Made by a program: the position numbers and the translations under genes. From positions 868,001 to 932,000 of the forward strand of contig JBBPEB010000032.1 of NCBI GenBank assembly GCA_039096225.1: a stretch of DNA of 64,000 nt, read 5' to 3'. Shown piece after piece: positions 39,306 through 53,700 of the stretch. The notes below the pieces were generated by a model. It did no database searches. It was not told where the DNA came from and worked only from the letters and a program-made list of their open reading frames with translations. Position 1 is the stretch's first letter, and the number at the start of each line of letters is the position of its first letter. The stretch comes from Blastocystis sp. Blastoise. Lineage: Eukaryota > Protista > Bigyra: Opalinata.

Positions 39306-39680
39306 CTAGCATGTATCAGAATATAAAATAAAGCAAGAATCAGAAGAATGATCTCAACAGTATTATTACTTCATTACCTGAGTTCCGAAAAATTGGTTTA
39401 TGTATCACATAATGTCTTATTCAAAGTTTATCATATAGAATAGACATTCTTATACTTGGAGCTTCACAAATAAATGAAAAAGATCACAATTCTACAAAAA
39501 AAACTCCGTCATCCGTTTTTTTTAATGGAAGAACAGAATTGATATAAGAAGACAGTATTCGGTTTTAAAAAATAACCAACCTGATTTCTGCTGAATGTAA
39601 GGCAGGTTTGAATGAAATATAAAGGAGAAGATTCTAACAAAAATTATTAACAATAAAAGTATATTCTATTAAAGTAATTT

Positions 39681-40568
39681 ATGATCATGATATGTGAAAT
39701 TGATAGTCGCATCGAACAATTTATTCGTCAGAGTCAACCTTATTACATCAGTGAACAAGAAATAAATCCAATACCATCTGCGATCAATATGATTATGGGA
39801 AATCTATTTGGAAAGAGCGAAATTCGTGTAATGATGTTTGGTGAGTCTTCTGTCGGAAAGACGTCTATTCTACAGATGTTGAAGACAGGAGAGAATTATG
39901 ATCTCAAACCAACTAAAGGATTTGAAATCGATACTATTCATTATAAGAATCTTAATTATACTATTTGGAATATGGGTGGTTCTAAAGGAGTATTTATATA
40001 TATATAGTTTTAGTTACATATATGTATTACTCATCATATATTGCTTTTCAACATATCTGTTTCTTCATTTTTCTTCTTATATATATATATATATCATATA
40101 GGATCGTTATTTATGGAAAGGATATATTCCAAATACAGACGCTCTTATCTTTGTAGTAGATGCTACTTGGAATGAAGAAGAGATGTTTATTTGTATGTAT
40201 TATCATTATAAAACTATAAAATATGGATATATTCTATGATATATTAATGTTTTATCTTTATCTCTATTTCTAATATCTAAATCAATATTGAACTAGTATT
40301 TTATTACTCTATTTCTATAGCTAGAGCTTATTTGCATTCTGTATTAGAGTCTGAATTCTCTCAAAATATACCCTTACTTATTTATGTAAATAAGTCAACT
40401 TCTTCTACTACATATACTCAAGAATCTATAATTCAATTATTAGATCTTCAACGATTCTCTCTTTCTTCCACACAATATCATATTCAATTCTGTAATTCTA
40501 AAACTGGAGAAGGACTCTATGAAGGTCTGTATTGGATATACCCTTTCTTCAGATACTCTTTTTATTAA
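39681..40568 (+). CDS. Divergent Arf/Arl-like small GTPase (start 39681 or MG start at 39795)
   Basis: MGNLFGKSEIRVMMFGESSVGKTSIL, PTKGFEIDTI, WNMGG, LIFVVD, LLIYVNK, GEGLYEGLYW. Confidence 0.85.
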
Positions 40569-40990
40569 GAATATCAATCTATTTTTATGTTTATATGTTT
40601 ATTTTTGTTTTTTCAGACACATAGATAAATTCTTTTTCTAGTTAGACTTTTATCGATATTTTTTTTCTTTTCATTGTGTATTTATTCTTTCTCCTATTAT
40701 TATCTCTTGCTTTGCGTTTCATTCTATTATATGGTTTTCTTAATTTCTTTCGACACCACTTTTCTTTCGTTTTATTTTTTGTTTGTTGATGCATGCTTGT
40801 CAAAATCTCTTTCAATAAAGAGAAACCAGTATTATTTGATTCACTTGCTAAATATAATGATAAAAGAGAATAATATAGTGCTTAATAAGAAATAAATAGT
40901 TTTTGTTTACAAAAAGGATAGAAACTGAAAAATAAGTCAGTTTTTTTTCAGTTATACACAAAAATTATATTTTGATAGGAATGAGTAGCA

Positions 40991-43303
40991 ATGAAGTATA
41001 AAGATTTAGTAATCATCAGATTTTTCTGTTCTGTATCTGATGGGATCTCAGGTACTATTCTACCATTTCTTATCGACATGATGAAAATTTCACCTCTTTC
41101 TTATGGTGTCATAGTAACGATATATAATGTGATATCTCTGTGGTCTGCTGGATTTGTCAAGGCGATCACATTTGGGAAGTTCTCAAAAGATTATTTATTG
41201 CTTTTGAATTGCATTTGGACAAGCGTAGGGTATTTTCTCTTAGGATGTCCCATGAATTGGAAAATCTTACTTATAAGTCGTGCTATGTCTGGATCTGATG
41301 TACTTATTGAGAATATCTGTAATGTATACTTATATATATATATATTTTTTAAATTTTGGATAAATTATTACTCTGTTTTATTCATAGGAGTATATAGATG
41401 AAAAAAGTGATACTTGTAAAAAAACAAAAGAAAAAGATTTTCTCTCTTATGTTGATCTTTTCGGCAATATTGTATTTTTTTTTATTGATTTATATATAGA
41501 ACTATATGAATATATAATTGTTATTTTAAAGAATTTGAAAATAGTTCCTTTTATCTATTTTTATACTTGAATTAGATTGGTTGTTTGGTCTGTTTATTTC
41601 TTAGTGATTTCAGTATATCGTCTCATGGTTTTGCTGCATGTATTTCCAGTTTATTGTCTTCCCTCGTCATTATTGCCTGTATAAATGCAGAAGGACCCGA
41701 TGAATGGTATGATCCTATTGTTACTCAACAACAACAAGATGCTATTAATAAGGCTATATTAACTACTTCTCTAAGTAAACAAATGGAAAAACAAGAAACT
41801 ATGGAATCTATTTATGATAGAAGAGAGAAGATTCTAGAAGAATGTGAGGGTCTTCTTCCTCCAACAAAAGAAGAAGAAGAAGAAAATTCTATACTTATAC
41901 AAACTTCTTCTTCTTCTTCTACTCGTCATAGAATATGTGAATACCCGTGGTCAATTCTTAAAGTATTTCTTTATAGAACTATTATCATTTAAATATATAT
42001 ATACTGTTCACTATTCAAAAGAATAGACTTTTTCTTCATTGATTCTTTATGATGATATCTATATATCAATATATATATAGTCAATTATAGACATCTCTAT
42101 ACATACGCCAATAGTAGTCTATTTGAGTTATCAAATTGTATTCCAGATAGGTCAAAAGGGGTTTGTTCCTATTCGCGTATATTTTTATTTTTAATGTTTA
42201 GATTTATTATTGTTTTGGGATATATCATCATTTATATATAGTTAAATTATGTATTCAATAAATATTTTTATTTCTTTTTCTTATAATCTCTTCTTGTTTC
42301 ATTATATATATATATATATTTATCGTGATTCTAATTATAGTATATAGTATTAATTATAAATATTGAGTAATCCATTTAATATATATATATAGCCATTAGT
42401 TTTAGTGGATCGATTTGGTATAAGTGTTCGCGAGAATGCGTTCGCTCAGGCTTTTACTTATTCTATTACCTTATTCTATAGACTTTATGTATTCAAACTC
42501 TTCTATCAATATATATCGAACAAGGGAGTCATTCTCATTGGATTTGTGTCTCTCATTCTTTCTAGAATCTTCTCTATTAGTTCTGTTGATATGTATATAT
42601 ATATATATATTGTATAAATACTATGTAATCTATATTACTATTACTGTAAATCTTCTATTAGATTGCTTATTTTTTCATAGTGTTTATTATATTATAATAT
42701 ATATTATATATTTTTTATTATTTTTTATTTTCTGTTTAATATTATAATATGATATATTATATTTTTTTGTTTTATTTCTTATTTGCTATTTCATATTATA
42801 ATACTATTATATATTATATATTTTCTATAGTTTAAGTTGGATTGTTGCATTTATACCTCTACAGAAATTAGGAGAAGAATCACTAGATATCGTTCTCATC
42901 TCTTTATATATTAAGGTATATATAGATATTTATCATTTGTTTGAACACTATTTATATATGTCTTTTCATATATACAATAATGTTATATATATATATATAT
43001 ATATTTAAACTTTATATATCTCTTATTTTCATTTAATAATATATATGTATTTTATGCATAAAATAACAATATATATATATATATAGATCATGCCACCTCG
43101 TTATTACCATCAATGTCGAACGATCTCCAAATATGCAGAAACATGTATATTACTGTTCACTCCTATTTTTGGCGGGTATTTATTTGAACAGGGAGGTAAT
43201 CTTATGACAGATTATTTCATCCTCGCATTACAAATATCCTTTATGTATAGCTTTATTATTATTATACTTATTATAATTCTTTTTATTATTATTATTATTA
43301 TAA

Positions 43304-43344
<41 letters not shown>

Positions 43345-43539
43345 CTTGTTATAATACTTCTTCTTCTTATTATTATTATAGTAAAAATCCTTTTATTGTT
43401 TATGTACTTCTATAATAATATATTATCTATGAATTACTAAAAGTATATATAAATATATGAATTCCTTGACTTGAACTTCCTTCTGTTTGTGATGTGGATT
43501 ATCAATCCATTAGAATATACAGGACTTGATTATGTGTAA
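40991..43539 (+). CDS. MFS-type multi-pass transporter; last intron is U12 AT-AC
   Basis: Many hydrophobic helices, LLISRAMSG, central hydrophilic loop, PIFGGYLFE; last exon 43477-43539. Confidence 0.8.
43234..43476 (+). other. U12-type (minor spliceosome) AT-AC intron
   Basis: 5' ATATCCTTT at 43234, branch TTCCTTGAC at 43462-43470, 3' AC at 43475-43476; splicing restores ..ILALQ|FLLFVMWIINP.. final TM helix. Confidence 0.88.
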
Positions 43540-43959
43540 ATTATTTCTTTCTTTCTATTTTAACTCTCTATTTACAGACATTTTTTTTGTCAAGTATTAT
43601 TATTATTTCGTTTTTCATGTTCTTTTTTGTGTCTGAAAGTTATTTATTTTTATAGAAATTATTTACTCTATATATATATTTATTTTTATTTATTTATTTC
43701 CTTTTCCTGTTTGTTTTCAAATTACATTTTGTTTTTCAATTTTTGTTAGTTTTCATAATCTACATATGTATGATAGCATTCTTGTATAGTTTAAAACGAT
43801 TTCACTAATTAAAATGAAGCTTTACTCTATATATTAAATAATGAAAAAGAAACAACAACATTTTTATGAAAAAAGTAGAAACAAGGGGGAATGTCGATAT
43901 TTCCATGAATTTAATGTTTTTTTTTGTTCATTAACTTTTTATTTATCAATCTATTAGAG

Positions 43960-46453
43960 ATGTCCGGATTAACTGAAGACGATAAGAAAAAACAATACGA
44001 GAAAGGAAGAAAACTCGTCTCCGACTGGTTAAAAGCTTCTACTCAAGGAAATTTAAAGACTTTACAAAACTTAGCTAAACTTTACGTTGCAAGAGGAGAT
44101 TATTCTTCTGAGAAGAGTGTTTTGAACCAATCTATTGATGGAAATGGTCGTAACGCCTTACATTTTGCTTCTGCTCAAGGTTACAATGATTGTATCAACT
44201 ATTTACTTACTCTTGATTCAGATTTAATTAATAAAGCTGATGATCAAGGAGATACACCTTTATCTCTAGCTTGTATTAACGATCGTGCTAATTCTATCAA
44301 GTTACTTGTTGAAAAGAAAGCTGATGTATTTTTTTACATTTATAGTCTATTGATATGTTTTGAAGTCATTGTTTATATATTTTTTATGAAGTCATTGTTT
44401 ATAAATATTTTATGAAGTCATTGTTTATAAATATTTTATGAAGTCATTGTTTATAAATATTTTATGAAGTCATTGTTTATAAATAGTTTCTTAATTCTTC
44501 ATATATATATTTTTTTCGTTATTACTACTGGTTTTATGAATAGATTAATCAAGATTTAGGTGGTAAGACTCCTCTTCATGTAGCGTGTTCTAGTTGTTCT
44601 AAAGATACTGTTGAATGGCTTATTGAACATGGCGGCAACCTCAATAATCATCCCGCCAAGGAAATGGGTGATTATGTTTATTTTGCTTGCTGTATATATG
44701 TGTTATGTGTTATTATTATTATTATATATATATTATTGAATGAATGATTTTGATTCATGTCACAATAAATGTACTATATTAATATTATTTATATATACAT
44801 AGGAATATATATTCTGTACCTATTTATTCTAGTATCTATTATGTATTCTTTATATAGCTGAACAAAATATCGACGTCGTTCGTTATCTTTTCACTCAAGG
44901 TCAATCAGCTAATTTCTCTGACGCGCAACACGTCACTCCTCTTATTCTTGCTTGTGTCCACACAAATCCTCAATTAATTTCACTCCTTTTAGAAAATGGC
45001 GCTGATCCTAAAGTATATTATCTTCTATATATATATGCTTATTATTTTTTTATTTCATTCATTTTCATATATATATGTTTTTTTTTTATTATATTTTTAT
45101 TTCATTTATTTTCATATATATATGTTTTTTTTTATTATATTTTTATTTCATTCATTTTCATATATATATGTTTTTTTTTATTATATTTTTATTTCATTTA
45201 TTTTCATATATATATGTTTTTTTTTATTATATTTTTATTTCATTCATTTTCATATATATATGTTTTTTTTTATTATTTTTTTATTTCATTTATTTTCATA
45301 TATATATATATAACTCTTTTTCCATTATAATAATATGATATATATATATTTCTATAATCTCTATCTCTCTCTATATAGTGTTGTTTAGAGGACAATGTGA
45401 CTCCTTTACATATAGTAGGTGAAGCGGGCCATCTTCCTTGTCTTCTTCCTTTCCTCTCTCTCCCTAATATCAAGGAACTCTGTAATATCGAGACTACAAA
45501 GGATCACAATAAACCCATTGATTTCGCCGCGGGATCCGAAGCGCGGGAAATCGTCGAGAAATTATATCCTTTAACGGAAGGTCGTCAAGACATGACTATC
45601 GATGAACTTATTAACCAATATAAAGAAGATCCTAGTATATATATATCATTTATTAATCATATATTTATATATATCATATATTAATAATATATATAATAAA
45701 ATGTTTATATATATCATTTATTAATAATATATATAATAAAATATTTATGTATATCATTTATTATAATATATATAATAAAATATAGTATATATATCGTTTA
45801 TTACAAATATATATAATAAGATATATTTTCAAATATATTATATATGAATATTGTAGATATATTTCACCTTATATACATATAGAAAAAGAGCCTGTTGCAG
45901 CTACTACTACTTCTTCTTCTGGTCCTCTTCCTAATAAGTCTATAGCTCTAGATATAAAAGAGAAAGCAGAAGATTATAAAGTACAAGGTAATTTATGTTT
46001 TAAGAGTAAGGACTATGAAGGAGCTATTAAGAATTATACATTAGCCATCGAAACTAATCCTGTGAATCATATGTATATATATAGGCTATTCTTATAATAG
46101 TCTAATTTTTATAATTATTAGCATAATTATGAATTACTCTACTAATTATTCTATATAGTTATTTCAGTAACCGTTCTGCTTCTTATTTGAATATTAATGA
46201 TTATGAAAATGCCTTAAAGGATGCTAAAGAATGTCAACGATTGAACCCTACTTGGGCCAAAGGATTCTATAGAGAAGGAGAAGTATATATGATCAAACAA
46301 CAATATGAAGAAGCTGCTCAATCTTTCTTTGCTGGATGCAATTTAGAACCTACAAACACTGAATTATCCAATGCTTTTGCTCGTGCTATCGAACTTGGAC
46401 GTGCTCAATATAAAACACAACATCCTGAAGCTGCTGAAACTAAAGAAGAATAA
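43960..46453 (+). CDS. Ankyrin-repeat plus C-terminal TPR protein
   Basis: GRNALHFAS, GDTPLSLAC, GKTPLHVAC, TPLHIVG; TPR KVQGNLCFKSKDYEGAIKNY, FSNRSASY, NPTWAKGFYREG. Confidence 0.9.
44361..44486. repeat. Intronic ~26-bp tandem repeat (TGAAGTCATTGTTTATAAATATTTTA) x~5
   Basis: Near-identical direct copies in ANK-TPR intron 1. Confidence 0.85.
45030..45305. repeat. Intronic ~46-bp tandem repeat x~6
   Basis: TTCATTCATTTTCATATATATATGTTTTTTTTATTATATTTTTAT-type units; source of spurious F/Y/I-rich ORFs. Confidence 0.8.
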
Positions 46454-47147
46454 ATAAATGAATTTTCATGGGGTTTTTAACATTTTATGTGTAAAATTCT
46501 AGTTTTTTTAAATATTTTTTCTTAATTAAATCATAATAGAATGTCTTCAGATTTTATAAATAATAAGTTTGAGCCATCGTTTCACTTTATTTAACAAAAA
46601 AGATTGATTTTTTTATGTTACTTATTTTATTTTATTATTATTATGTTGAAGTGAATAAAATGAATTATTTGGGGATCTAGAAAGAAATGAATTCTTTATC
46701 TTAATCATTAAAAAACAAATCTATAAAAAAGAAACTCAAGAAATAAAACCGTTGAAAAATAAGTTAATGAAGGGCAGTTTTTATAATTTCCCAAAAGAAA
46801 AGCAAATATGACAAGGTTGTCATCGATGAATTAGGGAACTATTAAGGGAAATGGCGCTCTATTCAACAACCAATAAAATGATTCATTTGAGAAAATTGAC
46901 CAATAAAATAATAAAAATAAACCAGGGTATTTCCAATCTTTTTCGCAAGTATTGGAGATATTCCAAAAAAGACGAGTATTGATTACCCAGAACTAGCAAA
47001 TCATTTTATTTATTTTCTATTCATGATGAGAATAATTGGTAATTAGGGGTACTTAATACTACTTTCCACAATTTTTATATAAGAAAAAGTGGTATAGATA
47101 TTTTATCTTTCAACTTCTTTATTTCTTAATAAGGTTTCTTCTTTAAA

Positions 47148-48462
47148 ATGCCTCAAGTTCAATCTACACGTCCTGTATGCATATATATTTCTCTATGCTT
47201 TTTACATACTCATGTAGGTTAAATTCTGGGAAAAACTTTGTGTTGGTGGTATAGCTGGTATTATTGGTACTAGTATTGTCTACCCTCTTGATATGGTTAA
47301 GACTCGTTTACAAAGACAAGTTAATGCTACTGAATTAAAATACAAAGGACCTGTTCATTGTTTTAAGACCATTATTAAAGAAGAAGGTGCTGCTGGTCTT
47401 TATCGTGGTATTCTTGCTAACTTAATTGGTGTTACTCCTGAAAAGGCTATTAAATTAGCTGTTAACGATGGTTTAAGAGAATATCTTAAGGATAAAGATG
47501 GTCGTCTTCCTTTATGGAAGGAAGTTATTGCTGGTGCTGGTATGTCTTAATGTTTATATTCTTATGAAATTTTTATTCTAATTCTTATGATTTTTTTTTA
47601 TTCTTATGAATTTTATTTTATTCTTATGAATTTTATTCTTATTCTTATAAATTTTTATTCTTATTTTGATGAATTTTTATTCTAATTCTTGTGTATAGGT
47701 GCTGGTTTCTGTCAAGTTATTGCTACTAATCCCATGGAAATCACTAAGATTCGTATGCAAGTATGTTTATATAGATATTATCTATTGTTATATTATATTA
47801 TATTATGTTATTTAAATAGGTACAAGCTACTTTACCTGCTGCTGAAAGAACTGGTCTTTGGGCTGGTATATATATATATAATTATTATATGTATAATTAT
47901 ATATATAGTTTGTAAGGATCTTGGTATTCGTGGTATGTATAAAGGTGCTACTATTACCTTATTAAGAGATGTTCCTTACTCTATGATTTTCTTCCCTCTT
48001 AACTCTAATCTTAAGAAGCTCTTCAGTAAGAATGAAGATGATGTTTCTCTTTCTGGTCTTATGATCAGTGGTATGAGTGCTGGTGCCTTCGCTTCTGGTA
48101 TTAGTATGTACTCTTATTATTATTATTATAGTTATTATTATATTTATTATTATTATTATATTTATTATGCTTAATATTTTTATTATTCTTTTATACATAT
48201 AATATATAATATAAAAATGAATCTCTATATAGTGACTCCTATGGATGTTATTAAGACTCGTGTCCAAGCTGCTAAGGGATCTAAATCTGATGTTAAATTC
48301 GGTCAAATGTTTATGAAGGTTTACAGAGAAGAAGGTTTTAAGGCTCTTTATAAGGGTACTGTACCTCGTATGTGCGTCCAAGCTCCTCTCTTTGCTATTG
48401 CTCTTACTGCCTTTGAATTACAAAAGAGATATATTATGTATGGTACTTTCTTCCCTAAGTAA
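47148..48462 (+). CDS. Mitochondrial carrier, glutamate (SLC25A18/22) or aspartate-glutamate type without EF-hands
   Basis: Three Px[D/E]xxKxRxQ motifs; GLYRGILANLIGVTPEKAIKLAVND; LLRDVPYSMIFFP. Confidence 0.92.
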
Positions 48463-48848
48463 ATTCGATCGAACGTAACACTAAATTAATTAAATGACCA
48501 AGATAATCCTCTATATTTATGTTGTTCTATTTCATATAGATTTATATGTTTCTTTTTTTTTTATTTATAAATGATTTATCTTTTCTCATCTTAGATGTAT
48601 TTTTTTCAATGACAATTTATTTGTTTCATATCAATCTTTTTAGTTTAAGAAAACAAAACAATTATAATAAATATGTAAAACGATTGAAAATATCGTAATT
48701 CATATATAAAAAGTGACAAGCAAACTAAAAATAATAATAGAGATATCTATAAAAAATATCACTCATAGAAATCTACTAATTCTAAAAATTAACAGTCCCT
48801 ATATCATAGTTTAGTAACTATATACATATCACCATATATATATATAGG

Positions 48849-48966
48849 TTATTCATTGAAGAAAAGATCGGTGACTTGTTTAATAGTATCTTCAGGACAT
48901 GTGACTGAATGACCTATTACCTTGGGATGTGAAAATATTTCATAATCATTACCACCCTAGAAAAAG

Positions 48967-49047
<81 letters not shown>

Positions 49048-49070
49048 TAATAATAATAATAATAATAATA

Positions 49071-49105
<35 letters not shown>

Positions 49106-50015
49106 TATATAATAATAATAATAATAATATATCCAGGCATTGTTTTATCTCCAAAGAAATGAATTTCATCAAAATTATCAAGTAAGAATCGTAAACAATA
49201 TGTTTTATCCCATCCAGTTGGGAAAACATCAAAAGATATTTGTCCTCCAATAGAATAAGTAAAATTCATTTCAGGAAAAGCAGATTTCAAAGTATCTACC
49301 ATGGTTGAACGAATATGATGTTCATTATCATATTTTTCGAATTCATTACGTTCTTCTCTGCTACAATTACGACCAATGGGACTAACGTTAATCATACCCG
49401 AACGGAATTCAATAAAAGTACCTCTTTTTACAGGGATATCTAAATCAGCAATGTATCTTAATGTAAAATTCACAAATTTATTTAGTTGACTATTAGAGTA
49501 CTCATCAGTAATATTCTATAATCATAAAATAAAGAAACATAAAATAAATTATTAATTTAACAATAAAGCAAAAAACATATAAGCTAGTCATAAATAAATA
49601 CCTTTGAATGAATGAGACGTCCATCTTTAAATGCAACCAATCCATTCTGAGAAAAACAATAATCGACTTCATTCATAACTATAAATATATATATAATAAA
49701 AGATACTTTCTTCAAAAAAAATGTAAACCTTCATTTAAATCAATAATAATGATAAAATAAGAAGAAAAATAAGTAAACTAGCACATACCATTAGCTCCTA
49801 ACTGTTCTTGTTGCTTGACAAGATCAGAACCTCCAACAGTACCTATACATATCTTTGTCTTCAACTTCGCCAACATGTCCTTAATACTTTGAGGAGCAAC
49901 CTATTTATATGAAAAGATAAAGATAGAACATAATTGAAAATATATATACAGATCTAAAAGGAGTAAGTGTTCCATCTATATCAAATAAAGCTATCTTTCT
50001 TGGGTTTCTAAGCAT
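48849..50015 (-). CDS. PMM: Phosphomannomutase (HAD family)
   Basis: [70 protein letters not shown]|GGNDYEI. Confidence 0.97.
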
Positions 50016-50721
50016 TGTAATTCAGTAAAAAAATGAGAAAAAGTGATGAAACATTTTTTTTACAATAAACACTGAAATTGTTATTTTAAAATTCTCCGTA
50101 TATATAATTAAATATTCATGGTTTTTTATTTCTATAAAAAACAGAAGTTTTTGTGACGAATCTTCATCAAGATACTTTTCATTTTAGTATAGAATAGTTA
50201 TAAAGATTACTAAAGCAGGAATTAGTCGTGCAATGTATTAGCTGAATGATACTTATTTCCTTTACTTTATTAATCCCAAATTTAGTTGACATTTTCTGTA
50301 AAGAAGATTCATTTTTGTTGATTATGAAAGTGATTTAAATGGTATTTTTTCTTTGAATATGTAAATAGTAAGTATTATATATTTATAACATTATTTTTAA
50401 AAAGAGATTTGATTCAGTTACTGTTTTTGTATAAATAATGTAGATACTGAACAATTTTATTTTAAGCAAAGTTTATATATATATTTCATGATATAGGAAC
50501 AAAAGAATTGACAGTCTAGGATTCAACAAAAGTTTATTTATACATGGATTAAGAAAAACTTAAAATATAAATATGATAGTATGATTCATTATGTGAACTT
50601 GTTTTATTTATATTTATTCACACACACAAAAAAAATAAATTCAATAATAAAAAAGAGGAAAAACACTAGAAAATGAAAACTATTAAAAAAAAAATGATAA
50701 ATATTAAGATAAGAATATGAA

Positions 50722-53700
50722 CTAACGTTTGTCTTTATTCTTTCGTTTTTGTTTCTTTGGAGATTTACGAGCAGAACTCATAGATAATTTATTGTTATTA
50801 TGTTTCTTTGATACATCACTGGTATTTTTCGTTTTAGACTTATTTATATCTGTTTCTTGATTTGCCAAGTTGACTTGAGATTGTTCCATCGATTCTTCTT
50901 GGATACTACATAAATTAGTCACATTGTTAGATCTCTCTTTGATTCTGTTCTGAATAGAATTCTTTATATACTTATCAGAATCAATAGAATTTGATTTATT
51001 TGAGCTTTGTTCACATTGATAATAATTCTCTGTATTTATAATATCTTCATTCACATGAATTGTTGGTTTCTCAAAACGAATAACTCGATTATCTTTCGGT
51101 TTCAATCCTTCTTTCTTTGTTATGTCTAAACATGACTTTATAGGTGTTGAAGGTATACGTTGTTTATATGTACGATGTAAAGATTCTATTTGTATTTGAA
51201 TCCATTCTGGCCAATCATATAAAGGAATCTTATTATGTAAGATTATTTTATATAGCTTTTTATAGATAGATGAAGAGAATCCAATAAACAGTGGATCTTC
51301 TTTCTTAATATATTGTTGACTTGAATAAACTAAAATAATAAAATGAAAGAATATATAATCATTCTTAGAATTCTCTGAAAATAATTTCCAATCTGTGATT
51401 CCACGCATAAATTGTTTGATAATGTCTTCTGATGGAGCTGTATCTACAACTGAAATATCAAGAAAAGAATCAACAAGTGGTTGAGTAGATATTGATGTAT
51501 AATTCTTATTAATAGTAGAGAGAGGATAAGAGAGAGAAGACTGAACAATAGGTGTGTTTTGTATTTGTGAAGAAGAAGAAGAAGAAGAAGAAGAAATATT
51601 CATAGAAGAAGAAGAAGAAATATTCATAGAAGAAGAGATATCCTGTATAGTTGTAGTTGTAGGAATACAATTAATAGAATCAATAGATACATCTTTTTTC
51701 ATTTGTTTTGTTTCATATATAGACGATAAACAATTTTCATTATTTATATGTAAACTAGAAGTATTTTGGATACATTGACTAGGGTTATCTATATACTCAT
51801 TCGTTTGTTCACATGAAATCTCATGTTGATTTCTAGATACATCTTTTGATTTATCGATAGATATAGAATTTGGAATAGTATTATATCTATCTATAAGTAT
51901 AGTATTAGTGACATTATCAGAAATATTTTTGGGTATCGATTCAGATCTTTGTTCTGATATATGATCAATATTTTCAGAATTATTTTCAGTATTATTTTTT
52001 ATAATACATTTATTAATACTTTTGGAATCATTTTCCGATATTTGATTATTTATCGTAGGATCTTGTTTAGAAGAATGAAGAGGAAGAGAAGAAGATTGAT
52101 CTAAAAGATTTAAAAAGTCTTGTATCGTATCATTATATGAATCATCTAAAATAGAATTTTCTAGTTCAATATCTTTCTCTTGATATAGAGATTCCTTTGA
52201 TATTGATTGTATATAAGATGAACATGATTCTAATGGTTTATTCACTAATTCTATAGTCTTCACTACATTCTTTGGAGTAGAGATCGAGTCTTTGTCATGG
52301 AATATATGATGTGTCCATTCATCGTGATTAAATAATTGTGTTTTTATAGAATTATATTGTTCTTTGTTTATAGATTGTGATTCTGAATATATAGGTGTTT
52401 GAGGTTGTGAGGATGATGACAAACTTTCACTTGAAGATTCAAATAACGGTACAGTATAGAATGAAGTAGAATCGTCTTGTTTAGAAGAAAACGATATAGG
52501 ATCTTGAAGTAGAACTTGTGTATAGGAGAGGTTTATAGGAGAAGGAGAAGGTATAGAATTAGAGATAGATAATGGAGTTGATTGGATAGTCTTGAATGGT
52601 CTATTTGAATGTTTTTTCTTTGTTAAAGAGAGAGATGTTGATGATGATGATGTTGATGATGATGATGGTTCTGAAGTGATATTATTTTCTTTGACTATAT
52701 CAGCATAAGTGACTGACGATATGTGAGGATAAAGAGAAGAAGAAGAAACAGAAGAAGTATTTAATAATGGTGGGAAATGAGAGAGGGAAGAAATAGATGG
52801 AGACTGATTGGACGATAATAATGGATTATCATTTGAAGTTATTTCTAGTGAAACATTATTATTAGTATATGTATCATTATTTATTGATATATCATTATTT
52901 ATCGATATATTACTCTTTATGTTTTTAGAATCAGAATTCTCTTGATTATTATTTGATGATGAAATGGATGAATCTTCAAGAATTATTGATTGTATTAATG
53001 GTTTTTCAGTACTGTTTATAGTTGAAGATGAAGGAGGAGTAGAAGGAGGAGTAGAAGGAGATATAGTTGAAGGAGAAAGAGGAGTAGAAGGAAATATAGT
53101 TGACTGAATAGTAGTTGAAGAAAGAATAGTTGAAGGAGTAGAAGGAGTTGAAGGAGGAGATGTAGAACCAAAATAAGATTCAGGAAGAGAAGACTCTTCT
53201 AGGTAGGGAATATAATTTTCTGAAGATTCATCTGTAGAATAGATTGAATAAATAGGACTGTGAACATAGGGGATTGGCGATTGAATATCCATATCTAAGA
53301 ATATATATATATAAATGAATATTAATACTATGAATAACATATATATCAATATTGATAATTATATAAATATAATAAGAATATATAATATGAACTATACCTT
53401 TTCGTTGTAGTTGTTCTTCAAGAATAGAAATCGTTTTCTTGGACTCCGAAAGAGCACCCAAAACCTCTTGATATAAAGAATATATACTCTCATTCTGTTT
53501 ATATACATCTTTCTATAATAATGATTCATATAAATATAGGAATTAATAAATCTATTTATATATATAATAAAATATAAATTAAATATATATGTGTTACCAT
53601 ATTATGTATTGTTTGTTCTAATTCTTCGTTTTTCAATAAAACTTCTTTCATATCCTTCTGAATCTGTCTGTATTTTTTTTCAGACTCTTCTTTATAGACC

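Noticed and set aside
44361-45305. Regular repeats resembling a CRISPR array
   Set aside because: Head-to-tail tandem units without unique spacers, inside introns of a eukaryotic gene, with no cas genes.
50722-53349. The 875-aa single ORF as a transposon or viral gene
   Set aside because: No RT, integrase, transposase or capsid motifs and no terminal repeats; it splices to upstream coiled-coil exons.
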